Shown piece by piece: positions 1-10,084 of a DNA stretch of 64,000 nucleotides. Source of the DNA: an uncultured candidate division Zixibacteria bacterium (GTDB lineage: Bacteria; Zixibacteria; MSB-5A5; GN15; PGXB01); NCBI GenBank assembly GCA_963702205.1, contig OY969724.1, positions 640,001 to 704,000 on the forward strand. Direction: 5' to 3'. A program made the translations under genes and the position numbers. The notes under the pieces are model-generated. The model was not told where the DNA came from and made no database searches. It saw only the letters and a list, made by a program, of their open reading frames with translations. Numbering within the stretch: the first letter of the stretch is position 1; every line of letters starts with the position of its first letter.

Positions 1-589
1 CACTGATCTTGGTCAGAGTCGTGATTGGATCGCCGGTACGCAGATATGCACCGGGGCTGACACGCCGGGTTCCCAATACACCGGAGAAAGGTGCCACCAC
101 GCGGGTTTTATCGAGCCGGACCTGAGCCTGGTCGAGTTGGGCCTGCGCGACTTTAAGGGCCGCCGTGGCGTCGTCGAGTTCCTGCCTCGCGGCGGCGTTG
201 GCATCGACAATTTCTTTGGTGCGATCGTAAGTAATTTTGGTTTTATCGAGTGTGGCCTGGGCGCTTTCCACTTCGGCCCGTGCCTGGCTGTCGTCGAGTT
301 GTGCTATCAGACCGCCTTTTTCGATGTACTGACCTTCAATGAAGGGCAGGCTCATTACTTTGGCGTCTATCTCGGATACGACCGTGATGGCGTCGGCGGC
401 CTCGACGTTGCCGACGGCTTCGAGTTTGTCGGTGACGTCGGCCGTGTTGACGCTGGCGGTTTCGACGGGTACCGGCGGCGGTCCAAAGCCGCCTTTTTGC
501 TGGCCGCTGCAAGATGTCAGTAATAAAGTCAAGGCACCGGCCACAAGAATAAAACCAATGTCTTTTCGGATATTATTGGGGGCGATCAT
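1..589 (-). CDS. RND efflux periplasmic adaptor (membrane fusion) lipoprotein, runs off the left edge
   Basis: Not in the ORF track; translated by hand from ATG 589: MIAPNNIRKDIGFILVAGALTLLLTSCSG..PPPVPVETA..LEAVGNVEA..LPFIEGQYIEKGGLIAQLDD..TRVVAPFSGVLG. Lipobox LTSC, lipoyl half-motifs and coiled coil; directly downstream of a TolC gene. Confidence 0.9.
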   Translation of the reverse strand, partial: MIAPNNIRKDIGFILVAGALTLLLTSCSGQQKGGFGPPPVPVETASVNTADVTDKLEAVGNVEAADAITVVSEIDAKVMSLPFIEGQYIEKGGLIAQLDDSQARAEVESAQATLDKTKITYDRTKEIVDANAAARQELDDATAALKVAQAQLDQAQVRLDKTRVVAPFSGVLGTRRVSPGAYLRTGDPITTLTKIS

Positions 590-619
590 AATCTATTTAT
601 CCTTTTATCTCTGCAAAAC

Positions 620-2386
620 TTATTCTGTTTCAAATCCTTCGCCGGTGAGGCGGCGCAGTGCCGATGACGCTTTGGCGGACCGAACGAGCGCCTCGGAGTA
701 ACGCAGTTGCGCGGCGGCCAGGTCGGCGTTAAGCCGTACCAGTTCAAAGGCCGATACGCGCTGGGCCTTGAATTCGATGTTGCCGATGCGCACCAATTCG
801 CGGGCCGCCTTGACACCATCCTGCGCGGCGGAAAGTCGCTTTTCGGCGTGCCGGTAATCGAGCAGGGCGTTGCGGACCTGTTCTTCGACCGATCTTTTGG
901 CGGCGATCAGGTTTTGTTCGGCTGTCATCTCCTGCGCTTTCACACGGTCCCGTTCACCGCGCGATGAACGCATACCGATCGGCAGGGTTAGCCGGATGCC
1001 TACACTCCAGGTCGGGTAATCGCGGTTGAAGACCTGATTGTACGCTTGTGAAGCAGGACCGCCAAAAGTAGTGCTCAGCGTGTCGGTTCCGAAAAAAACC
1101 TGCTGGGCGCTTCCGGCCAGTCCGTTGCCGCCGATGGACCCGATAAGATCAAGGGCGGGCAGGACGTTCCAACTGGCGCCGCGTGTAAGAGCCTTCGATG
1201 CTTCGAGTTCGAGCTTGGCGGCCTTTACGACATAATTGCCGTCGACGGCTTCGGTCACCAGAGAATCGGCATTGGCCGAAGGTAGCGTGGGCCGGTTCGG
1301 TTTATCGGCGGCGCGAAATCTTTGTTCCTCACCTTCCGGGCGGCTGCCTATAAGAGAAGCCAGTTGGTTCGAAACCCGGTCGAGATTTTCCTGGCCGTCC
1401 AGTTGAGCCTGCTGTTGCTGGGAATAAAAGGCGGTCGCATTGGCCACGTCGCCCGGTCCGGCCAGCCCGGATTGGGCCCGAACTTTGGTTTCATTTAAAA
1501 ACGCTTCGGCCTGGTCGACGGTCAGTTGCAATACGGCCAGGTCGCGTTCGGCGGTATAAAGGTCCCAATATGTATCGTTAACCGATTGAATGACACCGAG
1601 GACGGCGTCGTGGTATCTTGCTTCGGCGGCATCCTCGACCCGCTCAGCGGCGGTCAAAGGAGCTTTGGCCGCGGGCCACGATCCGGCGAGCAGGGGTTGT
1701 TTTATATCGAAACTGCCGGTTGCGGAATATTCCGGATTCAAGACCGAGAAGCCCGAGTTCGATTCGAGACGAGTCGAAGACAGATTAAATCCCAGTTCGG
1801 TGCCGAAGCGGAGCTTCATGCTGGCTCCGGCGCGTAGATCGGTCAGTTTTTGATCCAGCGCGTCGGCTCCGGCGAACGGCGTCGATGACGGCGTTTTCGA
1901 GCGCGACTTACTTACTTCGGCGAAAAGGGTCGGGTCAAAGCCGCCGCGTTCCTGACGGACGTTGCCTTTGGCCGATTTCAGAAGGGCTTCGGCCTGATGC
2001 ACCGCGACGGAATTTTTTAAAGCCAGTTCGCGGGCCCCGGAAAGTGTGATGAATTGTCCCGTGAAACTCGACAGAACGGCCGCCAGAGAGCTGTCGCTCT
2101 GCCCCGTTTCAGGCGTCAAATCGGGCGCGCCTTGGGCGCGTACGGTCAGCCCAGAAATCAATATCGAAATAATCAGGAAATTTACTGTGGCTATAATCTG
2201 CGAGCGCGCAATCAGGCTTGCGCGGTCAAACAGATATTGAAAAGTCTGGTATATTGGCGACAGTCGATCAGAAAACAACGAAAACCTCCAAAATATAATC
2301 TTCAGTTGCAGTGGACTTATCCGCTGAAATGTTGTCAACTCTCCTGCAACAACGCCGGGAAAGACATTGTTCCACGTTTGAGTCAA
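620..2386 (-). CDS. TolC family outer membrane efflux protein (true start probably downstream of 2386)
   Basis: OEP-type helical repeats, IKQPLL, YWDLY, LPALDL, WSVGIRLTLPIG; upstream of the RND adaptor. Confidence 0.88.
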   Translation of the reverse strand: MTQTWNNVFPGVVAGELTTFQRISPLQLKIIFWRFSLFSDRLSPIYQTFQYLFDRASLIARSQIIATVNFLIISILISGLTVRAQGAPDLTPETGQSDSSLAAVLSSFTGQFITLSGARELALKNSVAVHQAEALLKSAKGNVRQERGGFDPTLFAEVSKSRSKTPSSTPFAGADALDQKLTDLRAGASMKLRFGTELGFNLSSTRLESNSGFSVLNPEYSATGSFDIKQPLLAGSWPAAKAPLTAAERVEDAAEARYHDAVLGVIQSVNDTYWDLYTAERDLAVLQLTVDQAEAFLNETKVRAQSGLAGPGDVANATAFYSQQQQAQLDGQENLDRVSNQLASLIGSRPEGEEQRFRAADKPNRPTLPSANADSLVTEAVDGNYVVKAAKLELEASKALTRGASWNVLPALDLIGSIGGNGLAGSAQQVFFGTDTLSTTFGGPASQAYNQVFNRDYPTWSVGIRLTLPIGMRSSRGERDRVKAQEMTAEQNLIAAKRSVEEQVRNALLDYRHAEKRLSAAQDGVKAARELVRIGNIEFKAQRVSAFELVRLNADLAAAQLRYSEALVRSAKASSALRRLTGEGFETE

Positions 2387-2435
2387 ATGTGATACCGGTC
2401 CGGAGGCCTGTTTTATCGGGAATCAGCGGATTTTA

Positions 2436-3161
2436 TCAGATTTCAAGCTGAGAGGCGGCGGGGCCGTCGATATACCATAATACTTCGCCGTCAGACGGTT
2501 TTATCGCCTGTGCCGGAATCTCTTTGGGACGGTGGGCTCCGACCAGAACTTCGCGAACGGCGGTCGCTTTTTCCTGACCATAGGCGATGAAGACAACCGT
2601 GCGAGATAAATTGATCAAAATCGGGGTCATGGTAATCCTCGGGACGTCGCCGCCGGGATGATTCACGGCCAAAATCAGGGCCTTTTGTTCGTCGATGGTT
2701 TTGCTGCCGGGGAAAAGCGATGCCGTGTGGGCGTCGGGTCCGCAGCCCAGAAGAGTCAGGTCGAGACGCGGCTGGTTTCCACCGAATAGATCTTTCAGGT
2801 TTTTTTCGTATGCCTTAGCGGCTTGTTCCGGCGACAGGCCGTCTTTATACATGGCCATGACATGGTTTTCATGAACCGGAACGTGCTTGAGCAGAAGTTC
2901 CATTGCTGGCCCGGCGTTGCTTTTTTCGTCGGTCAGCGGGACATAGCGTTCATCGCTCCACAGTACGATAGTATTTTCCCAGGGCATTTTGTTTCGGTAT
3001 GGCTCGTGGGCCAGAGTCGTGTACAGCGGCTGCGGCGAATGACCGCCGGAAAGGGCCAGCAGGAAACGACTGCGCCTTTCGACTGCCTCCCGTGCGGATT
3101 CAACGATCAGTTCGGCCGCGGCTTCGACCAGAGTTTCGATATCGGGAAAGACGCTGAGCAT
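2436..3161 (-). CDS. pgl: 6-phosphogluconolactonase
   Basis: ALSGGHSP, SDERYVP, LLGCGPDAHTASLFP; ATG overlaps the zwf stop (TGATG). Confidence 0.95.
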   Translation of the reverse strand: MLSVFPDIETLVEAAAELIVESAREAVERRSRFLLALSGGHSPQPLYTTLAHEPYRNKMPWENTIVLWSDERYVPLTDEKSNAGPAMELLLKHVPVHENHVMAMYKDGLSPEQAAKAYEKNLKDLFGGNQPRLDLTLLGCGPDAHTASLFPGSKTIDEQKALILAVNHPGGDVPRITMTPILINLSRTVVFIAYGQEKATAVREVLVGAHRPKEIPAQAIKPSDGEVLWYIDGPAASQLEI

Positions 3162-4694
3162 CAATCATCCTCGGCCTCTTTGTGAGCGGTGCCGTCGAGC
3201 GGCATCGAAAGCCAGGTGTAACCGTCGCGGGCAATCAGAGCCTGTGCGTCGACCGGTCCCCAGGTGCCGGCGGGGTAGTCGGGGAAATCTGGCGGACTGG
3301 TTGCATCCCAGATGTTGGTGATCGGGTCGACAATTTTCCACGCCGCCTCGATCTGGTCGCGCCTCATGAAAAGGGTCTGATCGCCAAGCAGGACGTCGAG
3401 CAGCAGTGTTTCATAGGCGTCGGGCGGGTCGTCCCGGTAGGCATTGGAATAATCGAAATCCATCTCGACCGGATTGAGGATCATGCGCAGGCCGGGTTTT
3501 TTGGCCTGAAAGTGCAGCTGCATACCTTTTTTGGGCTGGATGTTTATTATCAGGCGGTTCGGCTGCCAGGCTTCGATGGCTTCGACCGGAAAGGCCTGGT
3601 GCGGCACCGGCCGGAATTGTATGGCTATCATCGACAGTGTTTCCTGAAGACGTTTTCCGGTGCGAAGATAAAAGGGGACGCCTTGCCAACGCCAGTTATC
3701 GATGAATACTTTAAGGGCCGCGAAAGTTTCGGTCGATGAATCTTCGGCGACGTTTTCTTCCTCGCGATAACCCTTAACTTCGTCCCGTCCGATCCACCCC
3801 CGGCCGTACTGTCCCCGAACGGCGTATTTTTTGTACGTCGTCGTGACGGTAAATCCGAACCGCCCGAAGCACGTCGACTTTACGGTCGCGGAGTTCATCG
3901 GCCGCGAACACGACCGACGGCTCCATGCCGGTGAGGCACAAAAGCTGCATGAGGTGGTTCTGGACCATGTCTCGGAGCGCCCCGGCTTTTTCATAGTACG
4001 ACCCTCGGTGCCCGACTCCGAGTTTTTCGGCGACGGTTATCTGCACGTGCTCGATGTAATTTCGGTTCCACAGCGGTTCGAAAAAGCTGTTGGCGAATCG
4101 GAATGCGACGATGTTCTGCACCGTTTCCTTGCCGAGATAGTGGTCAATCCTGAAAACGGAATGTTCATCGAAGCAGTGGCGCATGACTTCGTTGAGTTTG
4201 TGGGCGCTTTCATAGTCGTGCCCGAATGGTTTTTCGACCACGATCCGGAACCGGTCCTTGTCTTTGGACAGGCCCGTTTCGGACAAAAGGTGCGACACCG
4301 GTTCGATAAACGACGGCGAGACGGCCATGTAAAATATCCGACAGACTTTCTTGTCCCAGTCGCGTTCGGTTTTTTCCATGTGTTTGGAGAGTGACTCGTA
4401 CGATTTCTTTTTGGTAAAATCCAAAGCCTGATAAGAAACGTGCGAGGAAAATTCCTTCCACGTTTTGGCCGTCATTTTGTGCCGGGAGAATTTCTTGACA
4501 CCGGTCGCCAGATGATCGCGATAGGCCGTATTGGAATTCTTGCGAATATCCACGCCGATTATCTCGAACTGATCGGGAAGCCAGTCCTGAAGAAAAATAT
4601 CGAACAGAGCCGGCACCAGTTTGCGCCAGGTCAGGTCCCCGTCGCCGCCGAAAATAGTTATGACCACCGGGTCCGGTTTTTGCGCCGAAATCAT
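3161..4694 (-). pseudogene. zwf: glucose-6-phosphate 1-dehydrogenase, split by a +1 frameshift (may be a sequencing error)
   Basis: ORF 3774-4694 ([21 protein letters not shown]) and ORF 3161-3994 ([23 protein letters not shown]). Removing one T from the T6 run at 3827-3832 joins them as [11 protein letters not shown]. Confidence 0.93.
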
Positions 4695-6118
4695 TTCGCC
4701 TCCTTCCGTTCCGCCCAGTCGGTGTGGAAGATTCCCTCGCGGTCGATTCGTTCGTACGTATGCGAACCGAAAAAGTCACGCTGCGCCTGAACCAGGTTGG
4801 CAGGGAGTCGAGCTGTACGGTAACCGTCGAAATACGCCAGCGCGCTGGACAGGGCCGGAGCGGGTATTTCGGACTCGATGGCGGTCCGGATCATTTCGGC
4901 CGTCGCCGAGCGGCTCTGTTTCAGAATATCGGAAAACGGCTGGGCTGTCATCATATTCGATGTATCCGGGGCCTTTGTCCAAACTTCACGCATATCGTCA
5001 ACCAGCGCGGCACGTATGATGCACCCGCTGCGCCAGATTTTGGCGATGTCCGCCAGCGGCAGGTTGTACTCATACCGTGATGACGCTTCTCTCAGCAGGG
5101 CCATGCCCTGGGCATAGGCTGTAATCATGCCGAAATGCAGGGCTTGCTCAAGTTGGCCGATCAAAGTTGATTTATCGCCCGAGTATTTGTGATCCTTACG
5201 CGGGAGGACTTTGGACGCCTGTTCACGTTCGGTTTTATAACCCGACAGATCGCGCATACCGACGGCGGCGTCGATGGTCGGTACCGGCACCTGCAGTTCC
5301 ATGGCATCCTGCGACGTCCACTTGCCGGTTCCTTTTTGTTTGGCGGCGTCCTGAATCATGTCGACCAGCCGCCGGCCGGTGTCATCGTCGCTGACTCGGA
5401 GTATTTTATAAGTTATCTCGATAAGAAACGAACTCAGCTGCCCCCGGTTCCATTTCTCGAAGGTGTCGGCCATTTCGTCATAGGTCAGCCCTCCGACCTG
5501 ACGCAGGATATCGTACGATTCGGAAATGAGCTGCATCAGGGCATATTCGATGCCGTTGTGCACCATCTTGACGTAATGCCCGGCCGAGCCGGGCCCGAGA
5601 TAGGCCACGCACGGCTGGCCGTCGGCTTTGGCCGAAACCGCTTCGAGAATATTTTGCACTCGTTCGTAGGCGCTTTTCGGACCGCCGGGCATTATGCTCG
5701 GGCCGTAACGGGCGCCTTTGGAGCCACCGGAGACACCGACTCCGAGGAAATTTATTTTCTTGTTCGCCAGTTGTTCGGCGTGGCGGTTGGTGTCGGTAAA
5801 ATGCGAATTGCCGCCGTCGATTACGATATCGCCCGGGTCGAGCCGGTCGCTAAGATCGTTGACGACCGCGTCAACCGGTTTTCCGGCGGGAACGAGAAGC
5901 ATCACGGCGCGGGGTTTGCGCAGCGACGACAGAAATTCATCCATAGTACTGACCGCCGCGACAGATTTCTGGTCGCCTTCATCGGCCAGCGCTTTCACTT
6001 TATCTTTATCGAGGTCCAATCCGACTATGCTGAATCCGTGATCAGCCACGTTCAAAGCCAGGTTGCGACCCATCACCCCCAGTCCGATCAGACCGATATC
6101 GGCTTTTATTTGATCCAT
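4691..6118 (-). CDS. gndA: NADP-dependent 6-phosphogluconate dehydrogenase
   Basis: [37 protein letters not shown]. Confidence 0.97.
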   Translation of the reverse strand: MDQIKADIGLIGLGVMGRNLALNVADHGFSIVGLDLDKDKVKALADEGDQKSVAAVSTMDEFLSSLRKPRAVMLLVPAGKPVDAVVNDLSDRLDPGDIVIDGGNSHFTDTNRHAEQLANKKINFLGVGVSGGSKGARYGPSIMPGGPKSAYERVQNILEAVSAKADGQPCVAYLGPGSAGHYVKMVHNGIEYALMQLISESYDILRQVGGLTYDEMADTFEKWNRGQLSSFLIEITYKILRVSDDDTGRRLVDMIQDAAKQKGTGKWTSQDAMELQVPVPTIDAAVGMRDLSGYKTEREQASKVLPRKDHKYSGDKSTLIGQLEQALHFGMITAYAQGMALLREASSRYEYNLPLADIAKIWRSGCIIRAALVDDMREVWTKAPDTSNMMTAQPFSDILKQSRSATAEMIRTAIESEIPAPALSSALAYFDGYRTARLPANLVQAQRDFFGSHTYERIDREGIFHTDWAERKEAK

Positions 6119-6152
6119 TGGACTATCCGTTTATTTTGTTCTTTTCGTTTTT

Positions 6153-6776
6153 TCATTTTGTCGCTAATCCGAATTCGGCCAGTTTGACCCGGGTCGATTC
6201 AAAATCCACGTGATGAATGCCGTGTATGCCCAGGGTTGACGCCACCTCGACAAACATGGGTCGGTCGTCGATATAAATCACTTCCTCCGGGCGCGCCTGC
6301 GATATATTCAGTGCGATCCGGAAAATTTCGGTATCCGGCTTGCGAGTGTGCACGAAGCAGGAAACGATGAAAGCGTCGATCATGGAGGCCAGACCGAAAT
6401 TCCGGATGCGATGTTCGGTCAGTTCCCGGCCTTCGTTGCTGACGGTAACCGTCCGCAAATTAAACTGCTTCCGAAGTGTACTTATTAAACCCAGCATGTC
6501 GTCGTGCGGCTGGGAGCGGCTGAACATGAATTGCCTGAAATCATCGTGAGAAAACGGTCGATCCTTATAAAAGACGACCCGGTTGAGGTATTCATGCAGG
6601 GTCAGGCGGCCTTCTTCGTACGTGTCAAAAGTCAGGTGGTGACGTTCGTCCATTTCCTCGAAATCAATATTGAATTTTTCGACCGCCGCGCGGCGGGCGT
6701 GTCGGTCCCAGCCGTTGGTGAGCAGGACTCCGCCAATATCGAGAAACAGTGCTGAGATTCCTTTACTTTGTGGCAT
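6153..6776 (-). CDS. HAD family phosphatase
   Basis: FLDIGGVL motif I, SN motif II, RKPD, YIDD. Confidence 0.9.
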   Translation of the reverse strand: MPQSKGISALFLDIGGVLLTNGWDRHARRAAVEKFNIDFEEMDERHHLTFDTYEEGRLTLHEYLNRVVFYKDRPFSHDDFRQFMFSRSQPHDDMLGLISTLRKQFNLRTVTVSNEGRELTEHRIRNFGLASMIDAFIVSCFVHTRKPDTEIFRIALNISQARPEEVIYIDDRPMFVEVASTLGIHGIHHVDFESTRVKLAEFGLATK

Positions 6777-6797
6777 GTTCCATTTCCTTCCGCCGGA

Positions 6798-9626
6798 TCA
6801 GGTCTGCTGCTGCACCGTACCGGCGAAGACGTTCAGTACGTGATTGAGATTGTTTTCCGGGTCGGTGCCGAGGTTGATTCTAATCGCCCGGCGTTTGTGC
6901 TTGAACAGAGCTTCCAGGTCGCCCCGGGCCTGGGCATTGATGAGGAGGTCGAACGTATAATCTTTTCCCGGCACGGCCAGGTTTTCTTTCGATTCTCTTC
7001 CCAGCTGTATAAACAGCCCAGTGTTGGGGCCGCCTTTATGGTACTGTCCCGTGGAATGCAGAAAGCGCGGACCGTAGCCGACCGTCGTGGCCGCCCTCAG
7101 GCTGTCGCGCAGACGATGCTGCATTACGTGCAGACCTTTGTTCATATCATCTGATTCAGGTAAGTACGCCTGTATCGCGACATAGTCGCCTTCTTTTATC
7201 TTGCTCAGGAATTTCATGAGCCCGTCTTCGAAGTGGGCGTCGGATGCATCGAGAAGCACATCATCACTGTTTGCACTTTCAAAGTCCGGCTGCGGGAGCG
7301 AACCTGCATTTATGGCAGCCTGCAATATGCGTTTGGTGATGTCTTTGGATTCCTGCACGTTGGGCTGGTCGAACGGGTTGATGTTCAGCACCGCCCCGGC
7401 GGTAGCAGTGGCAATCTCCCAGCGCATCATTTCCTGTCCGAGATCATACTTATCCTGAAGCCGGACGATGAAAACCGGGTGTCCGGCGTCGGCCAGAGCT
7501 TTGACGCGGGACAGGTCTTCTTTGTTTTCGTCGCCTTTAAGTTCAAAGTAAACGAATATGCGATCTTTTGCGTAGACTCCCGGTTCGCCGATGGTTTCAC
7601 CGGCGACGGGCAAAATGCCCCGGCCTTCTTTGCCGGTACTTTCGGCGACCAGTTGCTCCAGCCAGAGGCCGAAACTTTCGATTGAACCCGATGTCAGGAA
7701 GGTGAGTTTGTCGCATCCCTGTGTCGCCAGTTCGCCTATCATGGTCCCCAGCTCAATAGCCGGGTTGGCGGCTTTGGTATCACCGCGTTGGTTGGCCTGG
7801 GCCATACGCTCGGCGCGATCGAGCAGTTTTTCGATATCGGCCCCGATTAGTACCGCCGGGACTATGCCGAAGTACGACAGCGCCGAATACCGCCCGCCGA
7901 TGTCCTGATAGTTGAGAAATACTTTTCTAAAACCGCGCGACTTGGCCGTGTCCGCCAGCGAACTGCCGGGATCGGTAATCGCTACGAAATTCTCACCGGC
8001 CTTGTCGCCTTTGACGTCTTTGACTTTGTGATAAAAATATTCCATAAACGTCAACGATTCGGTCGTCGTGCCGGATTTGCTCGACACGATAAACAGAGTG
8101 TTTTTCAGCGGAATTTGTTTTTCTATATTCAAAATCGTTCCGGGATCGGTGGAATCGAGCACGTCGAGCGGGAGGCCGTCGGAGCCGGATGCAAAAGTCT
8201 CCGAAAAAACCAGCGGCGCCAGGCTGCTGCCGCCCATACCGAGGAGGACGACGTGCTTGAAGTCGTCTTTTCGGACGCCGGCCGCGAATTTCTTCAAATC
8301 CGATACGTGCGGAAGCATTTTCCCCGCGACGAACAGCCAACCTAACGAATTGGCGATTTGTTTTCCGGTGTTTTCGTCGTCGGTCCAGAGAGAAACGTCT
8401 TTTTCCCAGAGTCGTTTTGAAAACTGCTGTTTGGTCAGTTCGTCGATGCGGGCTTTAATGGATTTATTATAATCTGCAACGAGCATTTCCTGAGGGTCGA
8501 CTGGTCCTGCTTTCATCTCTCCCATTCTCCTTTCGAGCGATTCCAGAGTTTGATCGTACGGTTTGTTAAACTTTTCAATTCCTTCTTCGATAAGCTCCGA
8601 CGTGACCCGGTTGATGTCAATGTTAAATTCCTTCAGACGGTCCAAAACCCGTTGCGCTTTATCAAAGTCGTTTTCGAGACGGTTGGCGGGCTGGCCGTGA
8701 TCACGATATGCACTTAACGTTTCCTGTGGCACCGTGTTCACCGTCTCAGGGCCGATCAAGGCTTCGACGTACTTGATGTCGCTGTAAGCCGGATTTTTAG
8801 TGCTGGTGCTGGCCCATAAAACCCGCTGCGGTCGCGCACCTTTTTTTTCGAGTTTCCGGAAGCGGTCGCTCGTAAACATTTCTTTATAAATATGATAAGC
8901 CATTTTGGCGCTGGCTATAGCAACCTGACCTTTGATCTCGCCGACGGCAATGCCGCTCTGTTTTCGTTCCAGCTGCTCGAGTTCGGGATCGACTTTGACG
9001 TCGATTCGGCTCAGGAAGAAACTGGCGACCGAGCTTATATTTTTGAGTGATTTATCTTTGTTAACGCGGTCTTCGAGACCGGATATGTACGCCTCGGCCA
9101 CTTCGCGGTATCGTTCGAGTCCGAACAGGAGTGTGACGTTGACATTGATGCCCTCGGATATAAGCTGGCGGATAGCCGGTAGGCCTTCTTTGGTGGCGGG
9201 GACTTTTATAAAGACATTGGGGCGATTCAGCGCTTTCCAGAGTTCTTTGGCCTCTTTGATAGTACCGTCGGTATTGCGGGCCAGATGCGGGTTGACTTCG
9301 AGGCTGACGAAACCGTCTGCACCGTCAAATTTATCGTACACCGGGCGAAATATATCGGCCGCACTTTGAACGTCTTCGACGGTCAGGGTACGGTATATTT
9401 CTTCACGGGTTTTACCCTGTTGGGCCAGGGTGTGTACAGCACCGGTATAATCATCGCTGCCGTCGATGGCTTTCCAGAATATTTGGGGATTCGAGGTCAT
9501 GCCGCGAAGATCGTCGTTTTCGATGAGCCGACCCAGTTCGCCCGATTCCAGCATGTCCCGGCGCAGGTAATCCAGCCAGATGCTCTGACCGAATTCGGGT
9601 ACCTTCAAAAGTGGATTGTATTTCAT
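6798..9626 (-). CDS. bifunctional transaldolase / phosphoglucose isomerase
   Basis: Start MKYNPLL at 9626 overlaps the rpiB stop (ATGA). Tal motifs SIWLD, GMTSNP, FIKVPAT, RVLWASTSTK; Pgi motifs GMGGSSL, SSKSGTT, GGRYS, QLVAESTGK, PFDQPNVQESK. Confidence 0.95.
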   Translation of the reverse strand: MKYNPLLKVPEFGQSIWLDYLRRDMLESGELGRLIENDDLRGMTSNPQIFWKAIDGSDDYTGAVHTLAQQGKTREEIYRTLTVEDVQSAADIFRPVYDKFDGADGFVSLEVNPHLARNTDGTIKEAKELWKALNRPNVFIKVPATKEGLPAIRQLISEGINVNVTLLFGLERYREVAEAYISGLEDRVNKDKSLKNISSVASFFLSRIDVKVDPELEQLERKQSGIAVGEIKGQVAIASAKMAYHIYKEMFTSDRFRKLEKKGARPQRVLWASTSTKNPAYSDIKYVEALIGPETVNTVPQETLSAYRDHGQPANRLENDFDKAQRVLDRLKEFNIDINRVTSELIEEGIEKFNKPYDQTLESLERRMGEMKAGPVDPQEMLVADYNKSIKARIDELTKQQFSKRLWEKDVSLWTDDENTGKQIANSLGWLFVAGKMLPHVSDLKKFAAGVRKDDFKHVVLLGMGGSSLAPLVFSETFASGSDGLPLDVLDSTDPGTILNIEKQIPLKNTLFIVSSKSGTTTESLTFMEYFYHKVKDVKGDKAGENFVAITDPGSSLADTAKSRGFRKVFLNYQDIGGRYSALSYFGIVPAVLIGADIEKLLDRAERMAQANQRGDTKAANPAIELGTMIGELATQGCDKLTFLTSGSIESFGLWLEQLVAESTGKEGRGILPVAGETIGEPGVYAKDRIFVYFELKGDENKEDLSRVKALADAGHPVFIVRLQDKYDLGQEMMRWEIATATAGAVLNINPFDQPNVQESKDITKRILQAAINAGSLPQPDFESANSDDVLLDASDAHFEDGLMKFLSKIKEGDYVAIQAYLPESDDMNKGLHVMQHRLRDSLRAATTVGYGPRFLHSTGQYHKGGPNTGLFIQLGRESKENLAVPGKDYTFDLLINAQARGDLEALFKHKRRAIRINLGTDPENNLNHVLNVFAGTVQQQT

Positions 9627-10084
9627 GGCTGTGCCTTTCCGTTCGCCAGTTTGTCTATTTTGTCCAGGCGGCGCTGAAAACGACCGCCGCCGCGGAATTT
9701 CGCTTTCAAGAAGGCATCGATCAGTTCGCGGGCCAAATGCAGTGCCACGACCCGTCCGCCCAGACATATTATATTCATGTTGTCGTCTTCGACGCCCTGA
9801 TGCGCCGAAAATATCTCGTGGGCCATTCCGGCGCGAGCACCGTCGATCTTGTTGGCGGCGATACACGCCCCGATTCCGCTGCCACAAAGGGCAATGCCCC
9901 GTTCGACGGTACCGTCGGCTACGGCGCGGGCGAGCGGTATGACAAAATCGGGGTAATCGTCGTCTTTATCGTACACGTTCGCACCGAAGTCTTTTATTTC
10001 ATAGCCGTCGGCTTTCAAACCATCTATCAGCATATGCTTTAGTTCCCAGCCGCCGTGGTCGGCGGCGATTCCGACGCGCATCAT
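9623..10084 (-). CDS. rpiB: ribose-5-phosphate isomerase B (RpiB/LacA/LacB family)
   Basis: ADHGG, DYPD, CGSGIG, ANK, N-I-CLGGR, GGRFQRR. Confidence 0.93.
   Translation of the reverse strand: MMRVGIAADHGGWELKHMLIDGLKADGYEIKDFGANVYDKDDDYPDFVIPLARAVADGTVERGIALCGSGIGACIAANKIDGARAGMAHEIFSAHQGVEDDNMNIICLGGRVVALHLARELIDAFLKAKFRGGGRFQRRLDKIDKLANGKAQP

Noticed and set aside
5189..6187. Long plus-strand ORF (also 27105-27920, 47781-48662 and many similar)
   Set aside because: Antisense shadows of well-supported genes, with no recognisable motifs.
6798..9626. Tal-Pgi fusion as a novelty
   Set aside because: Bifunctional transaldolase/phosphoglucose isomerase is an already described architecture.
9627..9887. 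87-aa N-terminal extension of the Tal-Pgi ORF
   Set aside because: It lies inside rpiB in another frame; the ATG at 9626 couples to the rpiB stop.
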